Assembly: GCF_000143415.4 (NCBI RefSeq)
Contig: NW_003314272.1
Location: forward strand, 1,943,944-2,007,943
Length of the DNA: 64,000 bases
Direction: 5' to 3'
Source of the DNA: Selaginella moellendorffii
Lineage: Eukaryota > Plantae > Lycopodiophyta
Of this stretch, positions 9,432 to 21,891 are shown in pieces. The position numbers and the translations under genes are program-made. Under the pieces are notes generated by a model that searched no databases, was not told the origin of the DNA, and was given only the letters and a program-made list of their open reading frames with translations. Position 1 is the stretch's first letter, and each line of letters opens with the position of its first letter.

Positions 9432-10983
9432 ATGACAAAGAGAGGTTTTAGCGAGGAAGAAGAGGAAGAACGTCTCAAGCTCCCAAAGCTGGCTATGGAT
9501 GTTCCGGGCATCCAGCGCTACTTGGTGGGCATTGAGTACATTGGCACTCGCTTCTCCGGATGGCAAAGGCAAGGAGGAGTCCGCACAGTGCAGGGAACGC
9601 TCGAGGTAAGAAGACATGAAAGCGAAAACAAAATGAAGCTTTGTCTATGCTGTGGTGCCAGGATGCGTTTTCTAGCTTCATGGGTCAATCGGTGTCGACC
9701 ACTGGTTCCAGCAGAACTGTAATTCGTTTGCTTCTTTTCTTTGTCGCTTTCTCATATTGGTGTTCCAGGATGCTGGAGTTCATGCTCTTCGGAATGTCTT
9801 CCATGTTGATCTTGCTCGAACCAGCAAAAGAAAGCCTGGTGAATTGGTGAGTTGCGTTTCTCTCCATCTTTGGAGATTGTAGTTTACTCTCGCTTGTTTG
9901 CAGCTGGCTCCTCATCCTCCCGACGTGATTGTTCGGGCCGTGAACCATTTCTTACAGGTTTTTCTCTTTTGGATTGGCTTGCTTATTCTATTCAAGCTCG
10001 ATGGCAGAGGGAGTCAGCTGATGTTCAGGTGGTGGATGCTAGATTTGTGCCTCCGGACTTTCACGCTCGATTCCGCGCGAAAGAACGCACGTAAGTTGTA
10101 TCATCGTACATATACTAGAACGCTTTCTGTAGCCGCATCGATTTTGTAGGTACTACTATCGAATCCTCGCCGGAAGCTGTCGGGCTTCTCTGTTCGAAAG
10201 AGACCGTGCCTGGCATGTCGAGGAACCTTTGAACCTCATAGCAATGCAGGTGAAAGCATTGCTTCTATGCTTTTCTCTGTCCTTTTTTCTACTTATATGT
10301 GGCTTGTTCTAGAGTGCCTGTCAAGTTCTTTTGGGAACGCACGATTTTAGTTCCTTCAGAGCGTCTGGTTGCCAAGTATTCGATCCATAGTTTTTCTTTT
10401 CCTTTTACTGTCTCACTCAAAATTGTTGCACAGGCAGCGTCTCCGATCAAAACTTTGGAGGAGCTCTCAATCCGCGAGACAGTCAGCTGGCCGCATTTTC
10501 TAACTGGATGCTCCTCAAACGCTCAAAGCTCCAATCCAGATCTGAAGTCATACGTGGTGACAGCTCGAGCACAGTCGTTTCTATACCACCAGGTATAGAA
10601 ACTTACACTGTATTTTACGTATTTCTGCATTACTAACGCCGAGAGAAAACAAAGGTGCGATTGATGGTAGGCACTCTCAAAGGTGTTGGAGCTGGAAAAC
10701 GCACCGTTGAGGATGGTGAGTGGAACTTCCAGAGATCTTAGATACTAACAATGGCCGACGGCCGTGATTGCAGTTCGTAAGATTCTGGAAGGACGTTCAA
10801 TCTCGCTCGCACTTCCTATGGCTCCAGCGTCGGGCCTCTTCCTTGCCGATGTGAAGTATGACATGGAGGACACGGCGGTAAGCGGTCCAGTATTCTTCTT
10901 TATAATGTGACTGTGGGGGCTGCATTTGCATCTTTCAGGGTCCGAGGACTCTCAGCGGCTGCGGTTCTCCCACAGTTTCATGA
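9432..10983 (+). CDS. tRNA pseudouridine synthase A (TruA family), multi-exon; 3' end uncertain (about 10910 or 10983)
   Basis: Spliced motifs IEYIGTRFSGWQRQ, TVQGTLE, SSRT|DAGVHA, FHARF, HDFSSFR, SFLYHQ|VRLMVG, APASGLFL. Confidence 0.92.
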
Positions 10984-11981
10984 TGAGATTCTCGTTCGAG
11001 ACGAAGTGGGAAGGCATGAGTTGTAGCATCCATCCGCCATTTTGCGAACCTTTGCACCATGAGTTCATCACCTTTCAAATCGAGCTTTTTAGAAAAGAAA
11101 GCGTATTGACTGAGCTGGTGTTACTGGTGAGCGTGGGAATCTGCGGCCTTAATGGACGAGAGGAGTACAGAGAAGCAAGAAAACAAAACAAAACGGGAGC
11201 GGCCCATGTCCGCAAAGAAACAGATAGTTTGGAAGCACAGGGATTACATGGATCACATGGCTCCGGGGAAATTATTGGAGAAGCATACAAACACCTTCTA
11301 TCCAGCTCCATTGAACTTTGACAGCATCACAAGAAAACAAACCCGAGGTACAACTTTCGCAAGTTCGCCCTCCACCCATAATCCTTAGAGAAGACTCGAG
11401 AAAGGATCTTACCCGTGACGAGCTTACCAGTCACAAGTGATCAGCCGGGTACTTTGTTTTTCTTTTGCCTTCTCCTCATCTTGTCCTTTTTTTCTTTTTT
11501 CTCTCCGAAGATCGAACTACGCAAAGCTGAGGTGCGAGATTCCGATGCGGTTCAATCACTTGGCTTGCATTATCACTGGCAAAGGCCGAGGAACAATCTT
11601 TTAAAGAGAGGTAGGCGGCGTCCTCTATTTGGTTTTCTCTCAACTTTGCGTGCGCTGGTGGTGGTAACACCTTGGACCAACACAGTGCAAACAATCACCA
11701 AGGCTTGGTTTTTGTGGAAGAATGTGCGCTCGTGGCGGTGAAAATTCTTCATGTGAGCGATATTTCAATGCCACTCTTCTCCCTTCTATTGGAGTCGCGA
11801 GGCCTGCATGACTTTCCGGCACGTATAAATATGTGGCCTCCAACACACTGGAGCTTGTGCTCCAGGCATTTTCCTTCTCTCTGTCCCTCCATCACCACGT
11901 CTGGATATGTTTGCTGATTTTCCTTGCTCCACTGACAAAGATCACACCTTGGGAAGTTCGTTCTTCTGTTTTTCCAGAGGC

Positions 11982-13885
11982 ATGAAAGAAGCCGATGAGT
12001 CTGCTCTGGCAAATGGCAATGCCAAGCATATGGACGACGCGATCCCGGCAGTCTTGCTCCGGACAAGCAGCAGAGATGACGACGATGATCAATGGAAAAG
12101 AACTGGTTAGCTTGTTCCATAGCTTCTAAAACTTACGATTTCTTTTTCCTGTTTCGTTGTCCCTCAGGAACTGTGTGGACTGCCTCGGCTCATGTGATCA
12201 CAGCAGTGATCGGCTCTGGAGTTTTGTCACTGGCGTGGAGCATGGCTCAGCTTGGCTGGGCAGTCGGACCCCCCGTCCTGCTCGCATTTGCATTTGTCAC
12301 GTATTACACCTCCATCCTCCTCGCGGATTGCTATCGCAGCCCCGATCCAGTCACAGGGAAGCGGAATCACACGTACCAAGATGCGGTGGCAGTCACTCTA
12401 GGTGAATCTCTCTTTTTTCCTTTACGTTGTTGCTAGAGCACTCGAGTTCTTCAACTGAGCGTGATTTATCTTGTCCAGGGGGTGCAAAGGTTTGGATTTG
12501 CGGCATTGTCCAGTACACCAACTTGGTTGGAACAGCAATCGGCTACACAATCACTGCGTCGATTAGCATGGTGTAAGTTCTTGTCGAAAGCTAAAAACTA
12601 TGATTTCTAAGTTCTTTTGGTTCTCTGTTCTTGCAGGGCGATAAGTCGATCAGATTGCTTCCATCGCCAAGGACACGATGGTCCGTGCTACGCCTCGGAT
12701 TACCCGTACATGGTGGTGTTTGGAGCGGTGCAGATTTTGCTGTCACAAATCCCGGATTTTGATCGAATATGGTGGCTGTCCATCGCCGCAGCTATCATGT
12801 CCTTCGCCTACTCCTTCATTGGGCTTGGCCTCGGGATGGCGCGAACTTTCGGTAACCAATACATACATGTGTAAAGGCTTTCTCGCTCTCTTTTCCAGCT
12901 TATGTGCTCACGCGAGAGAGGTGTTTTTTTGCAGAGCCGGGGCACTCATACGGAACAGCCACCGGAGTCCGCATTGGAATGGGAGGACTTTCGCAAACGC
13001 GAAAGATCTGGCAAGTCTTCCAGTCGCTGGGAAATGTCGCGTTTGCATACTCTTTTTCCATGATCCTCATCGAAATACAGGTAGAAAGTCACGCTTTTTA
13101 CTGAAAAAAAAAAATGCTTTTTTCTCCTTGTGTGTGTGTGTGTAGGATACGTTAAAATCTCCACCACCTGAGAACAAGACCATGAAGAAGGCGACGCTGG
13201 TGGGAGTCGTCACCACCACCGCGTTTTACATGTCGGTGGGGTGCTTTGGCTACGCGGCCTTTGGAAACAATGCTCCTGGAAACCTCCTCACGGGCTTTGG
13301 CTTCTACGAGCCCTTCTGGCTCATCGATTTCGCAAACGCTTGCATCGTCATCCACCTTGTAGGAGCGTACCAAGTCGGTAAATCAAAACCCATCTTTGAT
13401 CATCCATCTTCTCAAAAAATTTCCATCTTGTCGTTCTTATCTGTCGTGTCTCTTTCACTTCACAGGTCTATTGCCAGCCAGTGTTCGCCTATGTCGAAGG
13501 CCATGCGCGATCACGGTGGCCAAAGAACAAGTTTGTCAGCCACTACTTTAGGATCCCGATCCCTCTCCTGGGCTGTTACAAATTCACGCTGCTCACGCTT
13601 GTCTGGAGGAGCGCTTTTGTGGTAGTGACCACCATCGTGTCGATGCTGCTCCCCTTCTTCAACGACGTCCTGGGCCTCCTTGGCGCGATCTCGTTTTGGC
13701 CGCTCACAGTCTACTTTCCAATCGAGATGTATATTAAGCAGAGAAGCATCGTGAGGTGGTCGCCAAAGTGGATCGGTCTTAAGGCCCTTGATTTGGGCTG
13801 CTTGCTCGTGTCCGTGGCCGCGACGCTGGGATCCGTGGAAGGCATTGCGCTATCCCTCAAAGAATACGCCCCCTTCAAGTCATAG
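11982..13885 (+). CDS. Amino acid permease (AAP family), multi-exon
   Basis: KRTGTVWTASAHVITAVIGSGVLSLAW, DCYRSPDPVTGKRN, IEIQDTLKSPPPEN, FWPLTVYFPIEMY; TATAAAT at about 11824. Confidence 0.96.
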
Positions 13886-15245
13886 AACGGATTGAATTTT
13901 AAAATGTACTACTTCAAAGTAGTGATTGATACTCCATATTCATTAATATTAACATGCAAAACCTAGGTTGATTAGTCACTTTTAAAGGGTATTTATGCGG
14001 AGATTGGCAGTTTTTATTTAAATAATTAACATTAAAATTAATAAGAGAGATTTTAATAATGATAGTTTAAGGGTAAATAAATTTGAAATAAATAGATATG
14101 TTTATAAACACTCTTCAGTGATTAGATTAGAAGAGAAATCTAATACATTTTTAATATATAGTGCGAAATGCTTAATGCAAGAGATTTTATATTTTAATTT
14201 CCTTACTTATTATTTTATGATTTTAAGAATTTTCATTTATATAGTAGTGATATCAATAATTATCAAAAATTAAAAAACAAAATTTATTTCTTATGTATTT
14301 TTCTAAATTTCTAGAAAAATTTTACGTTTTAAAAAGTAATATACACTTTTAAATATGACTTCAATAAAAAATAAATGGAAAATTTCTCATCCATATTTTA
14401 TTTATGTAAAGCTTTATATTCAACTATTCAGAAATTATAATTGGGATAATTTACACTATTTAAACAAATTTTAATTATATTTAACGGTTCCCTACTCACA
14501 TCAGCTCCCAATATGAAATGTTAATTTTTCAAATATAATTTTAAATTCAATGTTAAATATTTTGTTGATTTTATTGAACATATGTAAATTTAAATATTGA
14601 TAAGTTTCAAAAGAGTAATATTTCATCAGACTTAAGCTAATTGTAAATGTAAAAGGCAAAACGTTCATATTCAATATGATGAATTAATATCGTGTTAAAA
14701 AAAATTAGCGTTAGCAAAATAAACAGTAGGTACTGGTATTAAACTATTTAAAATAATCTTGAAAAAAATTTAAATTAGATGAAAATAGCTGAAATATTTT
14801 TATGTTTTTTTTTCATTAATCAATATTCTTTAACAAACAAGATTAATATTGAAATCAATAATAAGTTTGGTAAATAGAATATAATTGCAATAAACTACTT
14901 TATCAAACAACAATGTTTTAAATTTTAGAAAAGTTAAAAATATTAAACTCTATATTGCACTATAGTTTTGAATTTACTAACTAAACAATAGAATGTGTTT
15001 GAAGGCGCAGAGCATCGATATTCTCTAGGTCCTCGGACATGGACAGCTTTAGCCTGAATTTCTTTGCTTCATAATGGAAGAGTACCGGCCGAAAGGCATC
15101 CTCTTCGAGCGGTGCCCGATTTTCTCGAATCTGCACGCGGATTCTCTCATCACCATTAAAACTGTTCCCTTTGTACTTATGCTTATATTAAATAGAGTTA
15201 AACCATTTGAGTAATTAATTTGTCATCTAAGTAAAATTCCCTGTG

Positions 15246-15360
15246 CTCGTCTAGAGGAGTGTCTTTGTGGTGTTTACCACCATTGTATGAAGCTGCTCCT
15301 TTCTTCAATAATGCTCATGGTTTACTACCCGATCCAGATGTGTATCAAGCAAGCAAGCAC
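15246..15360 (+). pseudogene. Decayed fragment of an AAP terminal exon
   Basis: LV*RSVFVVFTTIV ... LL(P)FFNN ... LMVYYPIQMCIKQ aligns to LVWRSAFVVVTTIV...LLPFFND...LTVYFPIEMYIKQ of the neighbouring AAP, with stops, frameshifts and a deletion. Confidence 0.8.
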
Positions 15361-15396
15361 TATACACAAGTTTCGCGCCCATAACTTCTTTGATCG

Positions 15397-18066
15397 TCAC
15401 CAAAAGTTCTTGCAAGAACACTCCCCACTCTCAAACACATGGAACCGGCTCGTGTCCCGGCAAACAATCACCCTCTCCTCGATCCGGGAGATGATCGCGG
15501 TGGCCCTGTGGCAATCCTCGCAAACTCGCAAATTCTTGACAACCCTCACCGATTCCCTGGCCGGAGTGTTGACGATCGCGCACGCGATGGCCAGGCGCTC
15601 GCTATGCCCGCACAGCGTCCCCTCCTTCTCAACCTCCGCGATGTTGTGCGTCACACACCCCACCTCCGCGACGTATCCATGCCTCTCCTTCATCACGCCC
15701 AAGAGCTCCTTAATCTTGGCGGCGATGGCGTCTCCCTGCGGGTGGTGATCCACTTCCCCCGCCCGGAACTTGTGAACAATTCCCGATCTGGGACACACCC
15801 ACCAGCTCTGCCCGGCCTTCTTCCAAGTCCCGGCCTTGCCCCGCCGCTCGAGAACTCTAGCCTGCTCTTCCCACAGCCCAGCGCTCCCAAGAACGCTGGC
15901 CATCACCACGTACGCCACATCCAGTCTCGGATCCATCGCCACCAGCGCCTCAAACGCCACCCTCGCGATCGCCGAGTTCTTCCACTTGTGGCAAGCTCCC
16001 AGGACGATCTTCCACGTCGCGGCATTCGCTACAAATGACGATCCGGTGGCCACCGCCAGCGCCTCATCCAGGAGATTCGCGCGGCCCAGCATGTCCACCA
16101 TGCAATTGTAATGCTCCGCCAGCGGCGCGATGCGGTAGCGCTCCACCATCGCCGAGAAGATCTCCCGGCCGCGATCTACCAGCCCGGCGTGGCTGCATGC
16201 GGCGAGGAGAGATACGAACGCCACCGCGCACGGCTCCACGCCGGAGCCTCGCATCTCCTCGAAGGTGGCAAACACTCTCCCAGCATCACCCTGGCGGCTG
16301 TATCCCGCAAGGAGAGCGCTCCACGCCACCTTGTTCTTCCTCCTCTCGTCCATCGATCGAAAGACTTTCTCGGCCTCCTCCATGCTGCCGCACTTGCCAT
16401 AGAAATCCACCAGCGTCACTGCCAGGTACGTGTCCGCGGTGAATCCCAGCATGGAAGCCTCACGGTGGAGCGCTCTCCCGGCCTCGAGCGCCGCCAAGCT
16501 CGAGCACGCCATGAGCGCCACGACGTAAGCTCTCGCGCACGGCGGCGATGGCGACTGAGGAGATCGCTTCATCCGGTCGAAGAGCTCCAGCGCGAGATCG
16601 TCGTCGCCGTTCTCGACGTAGCCGAGGATCAAGCTGGACCACGAGACGGCGGTGCGAGCGGGCATCCTGTCAAACACGCGCTGAGAATCGACCATACTCC
16701 CACACTTGGCATACATACCGATCAAACTGTTCAACAAGAACACGTCCGAGCGGCACCACCCTTTCTTCTCGGCTCGAGCGTGGATCTCCATCGCCTTCCC
16801 CAGGGACTCCAGCTTCACCACCCTCCCCTCGATCTCCCGGCCGGGCTCTTTCGCCGCTGTGCTCGCGATGGCGGCGATGGCGGCAGTGAAGCTGCGAGCG
16901 TCCGGCTCCAGGCACTGCTCCAAGCAGTGGAAGCAGCCGAGAGCTCGATCACCCTCTCCATTCTCGGCGAGTCCCAGCACCATCGAGTTCCAGGCGACGA
17001 GGTCGCGGCGAGGCATGGCCTGGAAGACCATCCACGCCTCCTCCGCGGCGCCGCTCTTGGAGTAGGCATCCACGAGCTTGCTCGCCACGAAGAGATCTCC
17101 CGCGCAGCCCTTCTCCGCAGCGAGGGAATGGATAGCTCGGCAGCGTTCCAGGCTCTTGGGCTTGACCATCTTGCCACCATCGACGTCCACCGCGTCCTCG
17201 CGCGACGCCAGGTTCCCGCTAGCCATGATCGCCGCCACGAAGGTCCGCGCGTCGGGATCACACCCGGGCGGCATTGAGTCGAAGAGCTCCAGCGCGAGAT
17301 CATCGTCGCCATTCTCGACGTAGGCCAGGATCAAGGTGGTCCACGACACCACGTCGTGGCGAGGCATCCGGTCGAAGACAATGCGCGCGTCCTCGACGCT
17401 GCTGAGCTTCGAGTACATGTCGAGCAGCGCGCTGGCGACGAAGATGTCCGATTCGTGGCCCCGGGCCCGGCAGTGGATCGCCATGCCCGCGTCAAGCAAG
17501 CCCAGATCGATCTTCCTGGAGACGTGGTTTTCTGGAACAGCATCGCTAGCGCAGATGCCCAGTGACGGCATTTGCGTGCCACCTTGCAATGGAAGCAGCT
17601 GCCGCGCGGCGCGAAGGCTTTCCCCCTCGATCTTGGAGGAGAGAGCCGCGACCGCTGCCACGAATGCGGTGGCGTCGGCCTCACACCCGGAGGCGAGCAT
17701 CGCGTGGAAGGCGGCGATGGCGGAGTCGGGGTCGCGGTTCTCGGCGTAGCCCGCGATAAGCGCGGTCCACGAGACGGCGTTGTGGCGGCGCATCGCATCG
17801 AAGACGCGCCGGGCGTTGGCCATGCTGCCGCATCTGGCGTACATTGCGACGAGCGATGTCTCCACGAAGATGTCGCCGTGGCTGTGGTGCTCCAAGTGGA
17901 GCTTCTTACCCGTGTCAATGTCGCGCGCGCGGCCGCAAGCCTTGAGAGCTGCGATGAGCGTCGGCCCACAGTCCTGGAGGCCGCCGCCTCCTCCTCTTCT
18001 TCCATGCGATCCTGTGATGCCGCCCTCCCTGTAGCAGCGCCCCGCCGCGAAGCAATACCGCGGCAT
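15397..18066 (-). CDS. PPR-DYW RNA-editing factor (terminal tripeptide NFW)
   Basis: PLS repeats, E/E+ region, HSERLA, KNLRVCEDCH, CRDTSRFHVF..GECSCKNFW; zinc-deaminase HxE and CxxC motifs intact. Confidence 0.95.
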   Translation of the reverse strand: MPRYCFAAGRCYREGGITGSHGRRGGGGGLQDCGPTLIAALKACGRARDIDTGKKLHLEHHSHGDIFVETSLVAMYARCGSMANARRVFDAMRRHNAVSWTALIAGYAENRDPDSAIAAFHAMLASGCEADATAFVAAVAALSSKIEGESLRAARQLLPLQGGTQMPSLGICASDAVPENHVSRKIDLGLLDAGMAIHCRARGHESDIFVASALLDMYSKLSSVEDARIVFDRMPRHDVVSWTTLILAYVENGDDDLALELFDSMPPGCDPDARTFVAAIMASGNLASREDAVDVDGGKMVKPKSLERCRAIHSLAAEKGCAGDLFVASKLVDAYSKSGAAEEAWMVFQAMPRRDLVAWNSMVLGLAENGEGDRALGCFHCLEQCLEPDARSFTAAIAAIASTAAKEPGREIEGRVVKLESLGKAMEIHARAEKKGWCRSDVFLLNSLIGMYAKCGSMVDSQRVFDRMPARTAVSWSSLILGYVENGDDDLALELFDRMKRSPQSPSPPCARAYVVALMACSSLAALEAGRALHREASMLGFTADTYLAVTLVDFYGKCGSMEEAEKVFRSMDERRKNKVAWSALLAGYSRQGDAGRVFATFEEMRGSGVEPCAVAFVSLLAACSHAGLVDRGREIFSAMVERYRIAPLAEHYNCMVDMLGRANLLDEALAVATGSSFVANAATWKIVLGACHKWKNSAIARVAFEALVAMDPRLDVAYVVMASVLGSAGLWEEQARVLERRGKAGTWKKAGQSWWVCPRSGIVHKFRAGEVDHHPQGDAIAAKIKELLGVMKERHGYVAEVGCVTHNIAEVEKEGTLCGHSERLAIACAIVNTPARESVRVVKNLRVCEDCHRATAIISRIEERVIVCRDTSRFHVFESGECSCKNFW

Positions 18067-18124
18067 TCATTGCCAAGAACCCTAAAGTTATAACATTTTA
18101 ACCAAAAACATTCTTCTAGAGCTA

Positions 18125-19357
18125 TCAAAGTAGCGCTAGAGAGCTCCAAGCGAGAGCTACCGCATCATCCCCAAGAGCTTCGTCCCGGACGAGTGGAACA
18201 GTCCTCCAAAACTTGAAATCTCTGCTGGAGTTTGCATCACCGCCCTCGAGCCTCTGTGCGCAAATGGAAGCGTAGTGATGCTGCGATGGCTCGAACAGCA
18301 AGAACTGCCATCTCCAGGGACTCTCTTCCGACTCGAGCGAGATCGTCTGTGCCTGCATCACAGGCAAAAGAGTTCTTTTACTTGCTGGATCCATCCTAGA
18401 AATCACACCTCTGGGTGCTGGTGTAGCTGCATTGAGATCGCTTCCGTTCCGGGAAAGCTTGCATCAAATCCGAACGAGAAGTTGCTCAGTGGTGCGCCGC
18501 TAATGCCTCTCCCGAGAGCCTTGACGTAGGCTTCCTGGTAAGAACGGAATCTCAGTCAGAGTGATGGAGCCGAGAAAACTGTGTGACTTTGAGCGTCCAT
18601 AGCTGAATGAAACGACGGCGTTGCTCGTCACTAGAGGAAGACGCGAAGCCTTGCAACCATGACACTTCCTTGTCTGAGAGCCATCGCCTGGCCAGGCGCA
18701 TGAGATTGCTTCCAAAAACCCGACGCTTGTCTTCCACATCAACTCCTAGCTGCGCAACTCAAACAAGACTTACAGGCAAAGAAATCTATGGAAACTTATC
18801 ACCTCGGAATGAGTAGTAACCGCGCATGATATCAGCGAGCTTGTGTGTGACAAGCTGAAACATAGACCATTCATGCCGACAAGCTGGGAAAATGAAAGAA
18901 AAATTAGAGTGGATACAAAACTGTCAAGAACTCCGGACCTCAGGCTTGCCAAACTCGTTCTTTGAAAACTTGAGCGACCCTGGTGCGATCGTACCACCGG
19001 AATCTGCGAGGAAAAGATAAACTCAAAAGAGATTGATACACGAGAATTTAGAGGCAAAGGCATGGTTGATCTTACATCTAGCGAGCGTGGTACGCACCAA
19101 AGCACGAGTGAGGAGACGCTCCTTTCGCAAGCGCTCGGAATCCACGCTATAAACTCGGTCGCGCTCATCGGAAGAAAGAAAGCTCTCGTAGGCCTTGAGC
19201 AGGGAAGGGCTCTGGACGTCTTCGACAAACAAAAACCAGCAATGGACCTCCCTGCATTGCTGAATGATCCTCAAACTATGCGAAGAAGGACGAAGGAGAG
19301 ACACACTGCTCAATACCTGAGAAGCGGCGCAGGGCGGAAAAGATGAGCTCCCCACAT
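18125..19357 (-). CDS. 4'-phosphopantetheinyl transferase (Sfp/AASDHPPT type), multi-exon
   Basis: Spliced EVHCWF, LLTRALVRTTLAR, KNEFGKPE, FSLSHT, LGVDVE, FIQLWTLK|EAYVKALGRG. Confidence 0.9.
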
Positions 19358-19699
19358 TAATTCTACAACCCTAAATCCTCTCCAAATTAGTTAGGAAGAT
19401 GCCATGAGCAAAGCTTGAAGAGCGTGGAGCGGGCGCATTGAAGGTCAAGAACGGGACGACATGGACAATGTTTTTAAACCTTCATGTCTCATGCTTCATC
19501 GAGATTGTGTAAACAGTATATGAATGAATAAATGAAAACATCTGTATATTGCATTTGCAAAAATTATTTCCCCTGGATTTCCGAAAATATTATCCCGTAA
19601 TTTTTAAAAGATTAAATTCTTATTCTACTTCATTATGAAGAAGTTGATTGTCCTTCCAACTTCTAAATTTGAACCACTTGCAAGATAAATATCAATACT

Positions 19700-20535
19700 G
19701 CCTCCATAATAATCTTACAGTCCATTTATAACTAGTGACTTGGAAAATGCATCCCAAGCAGCCCTGTTGTCAGGCTCCCTCAAGTAATACACTCCCTCAC
19801 CAGATTAGGAGCTTTAGAATTGTATGCTGTCACATAACACATTCACCAAAAACCTTACAAAAGAAGGTCTTGCATTTAAAAAGCACTCATGCACTTCCCA
19901 TTCTGCTTCTCTATAATGCATTACTTGTAAACTCAGTAAAGTGTAAACTCATCAAAGTGGACTTCTGCAACTTCTTCTGGACCGTGGTCTTTAGACAGCG
20001 TGCTCTTGGCAACTTCAGTGTTTGGAGTTGTAGTCATACTTATAACTGACGTAATCCTAAGTGCCATCCTACGTTCGATAAAGAAATTGTGGTTCAGAAA
20101 CGAAGTGAACGTGAACGTCTTGGCTTCTGAGAGGTGGCAGCACTCTGGATTGTTAAACAGCAGCCACGGGAAGCCTCCTACGGTGGTGTACCGCCTATCG
20201 ACATCCACCTTGTAGATGCCATTCTTCGACCACCCGTGGTTATTTCTATCCGGAATGCAAGCGAGTATACACGTCCCTATTGTCCAAAACTCATACATAG
20301 TCCTGCTTCTGTACCCGAGAGGAGTTCCAGGCTCCAAGGTGAGCTTCTGTTGCACGAATCTGGTGGAGTTCAGAGCAAATTCCTGCATCTGCTTGTAGCA
20401 GTTGCGGATCATGAAAACGTAGCCTTGTGCCATCAATGCCTTGGTCGCAAAGTCAAAGCGGCTATCGTAGCTCAATCTCAATCTCTTCCACGTCCTCGCC
20501 ATTGCGGAAGTCAATGGGGAAATCTGCAGAATCAA
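19700..20535 (-). pseudogene. Degenerate Crinkler/CR-effector-like NTPase plus restriction-endonuclease-fold remnant
   Basis: MIRNCYKQM..., decayed Walker-A-like PGTPLG, WLLFN...EAKTFTFTS, then YYLREPDNRAAWDA followed in a shifted frame by FQVTS. Motif order recalled from CRN/CR proteins; not verified by search. Confidence 0.45.
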
Positions 20536-20939
20536 CTGAATCCAGGTAAAAACAAAGCGCTCAATTTGAGCCGCTTGTCTCCGCCACTATCCATCTCCAC
20601 AGCATCTTCATCCAGCTCAAGCTGGGGTGGCCCCTTTCTATTCTCACGTAACGATGGAGGAGAATGACTCAGACAATGATCGTACGATTCTCAAATGGAT
20701 AGGCGATCAACATAATAGTATTGGAGCCGTGTAGTGGAACATCGAAGTCCAGAACATCCAAAGATTGGCAGAATCTGTTGATTGAAAGGTGACAGCTTTG
20801 CATTGAGAAATGCAATTCTGAGGAGAACTCAAAGAGATTTTCCCCAACCAAGACTGCGTGAGGATCTTCGGGTGTCCATCTACCAGTAAACCAAAACTAA
20901 AGCAAAGCTTAAGCTCGACTAAAGTACACTCTTTCAATG

Positions 20940-21890
20940 TCAATTGCGCAATCCAAAGTGAATGAAGGGTGAGGATGGCATGGCATATTCACCCACATAC
21001 CCAGAATGTGTTATGTCCTTGTACGTATTCTCAAATCCAATATATCGCAAATGGATCATGTTGTCGCATATCAACTCACGGACAATCGCAACGACTTTTC
21101 GGACATTCTCTTCCCCATATTCTCTGTCCATCCCCTGCAACTGATATTTGGCTCGCTCCGATGCACATTTCCTAATTCTCACCATCCATGCACGGCTCGT
21201 AGACGAGCTGCTCGTCGTGTTATCGCTGGCTGGTGAATTTGCTGCTCATCCCGCAAGATGCTTAGCCAGGGCCTCATACAAGGTCCAAACGGACACGCAG
21301 CCATCATGGTCTAGGATGGTCGTCATAGCCAGACACCATTGCTGGTATGTCCAGCCCAATCCTTTATCCAGCCTCTGCATCACGACGCTATGAATTGCGT
21401 CAGAATTCTGGGCATGAACTTGGTCTAGAGTGTCAACTCAAGACATCATCAACACTGCCGTGTCTGCCAAATGCTCGAGACAGACAAAACTCCTGCGGCA
21501 TGCATCATGTATGTCTTCCCACACAGCATCGTCCAAGGCAGGTGCCCAAGTACCCACCCACAGGAGCAATGAGCTTGGCGAGGTAGTCCCTGGCCTCGTC
21601 TTTGCCCCCACTGTAAACTGATCAAGCTTCCAAGAGTCATCACAGGCTTGACGGCAGGAAACGATTCCACGTATCACCCAAAAGCTGGCGCAAAGTTGCC
21701 GCGGCCTCTGCGGCTTGAGTGATAAAACTCAAGTTGATATACAACACGGGAGTGAAAACCATCGGGCTTGCTGGCCCTGTCTGCCGGATCTTCACCACTC
21801 TCTTGAGCAGCGTGGATTTGCCTCCACTTCGCTTGAGGAGCACCAAGAGCCTCTCCAGCTCTTCTTTCCTGTTGAAAAGGAATACAGGAA
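20940..21890 (-). pseudogene. Decayed P-loop ATPase (ATPase_2/AAA-like), paralogue of 41626-42833
   Basis: LFNRKEELERL..GGKSTLL..VLYINL; FTVG..KDEARDYL; LDDAVWEDI; WTYQQWCLAMTTILDH; [13 protein letters not shown]; MPSSP; several frameshifts, stops and deletions. Confidence 0.7.
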
Positions 21891-21891
21891 G

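Noticed and set aside
11152-11530. Possible small spliced gene between TruA and AAP
   Set aside because: Needs a 41-nt intron and has no recognisable homology; cannot be supported without transcripts
13890-15000. AT-rich block after AAP as a defined MITE or Helitron
   Set aside because: No terminal repeats, TSD or terminal hairpin identified by eye
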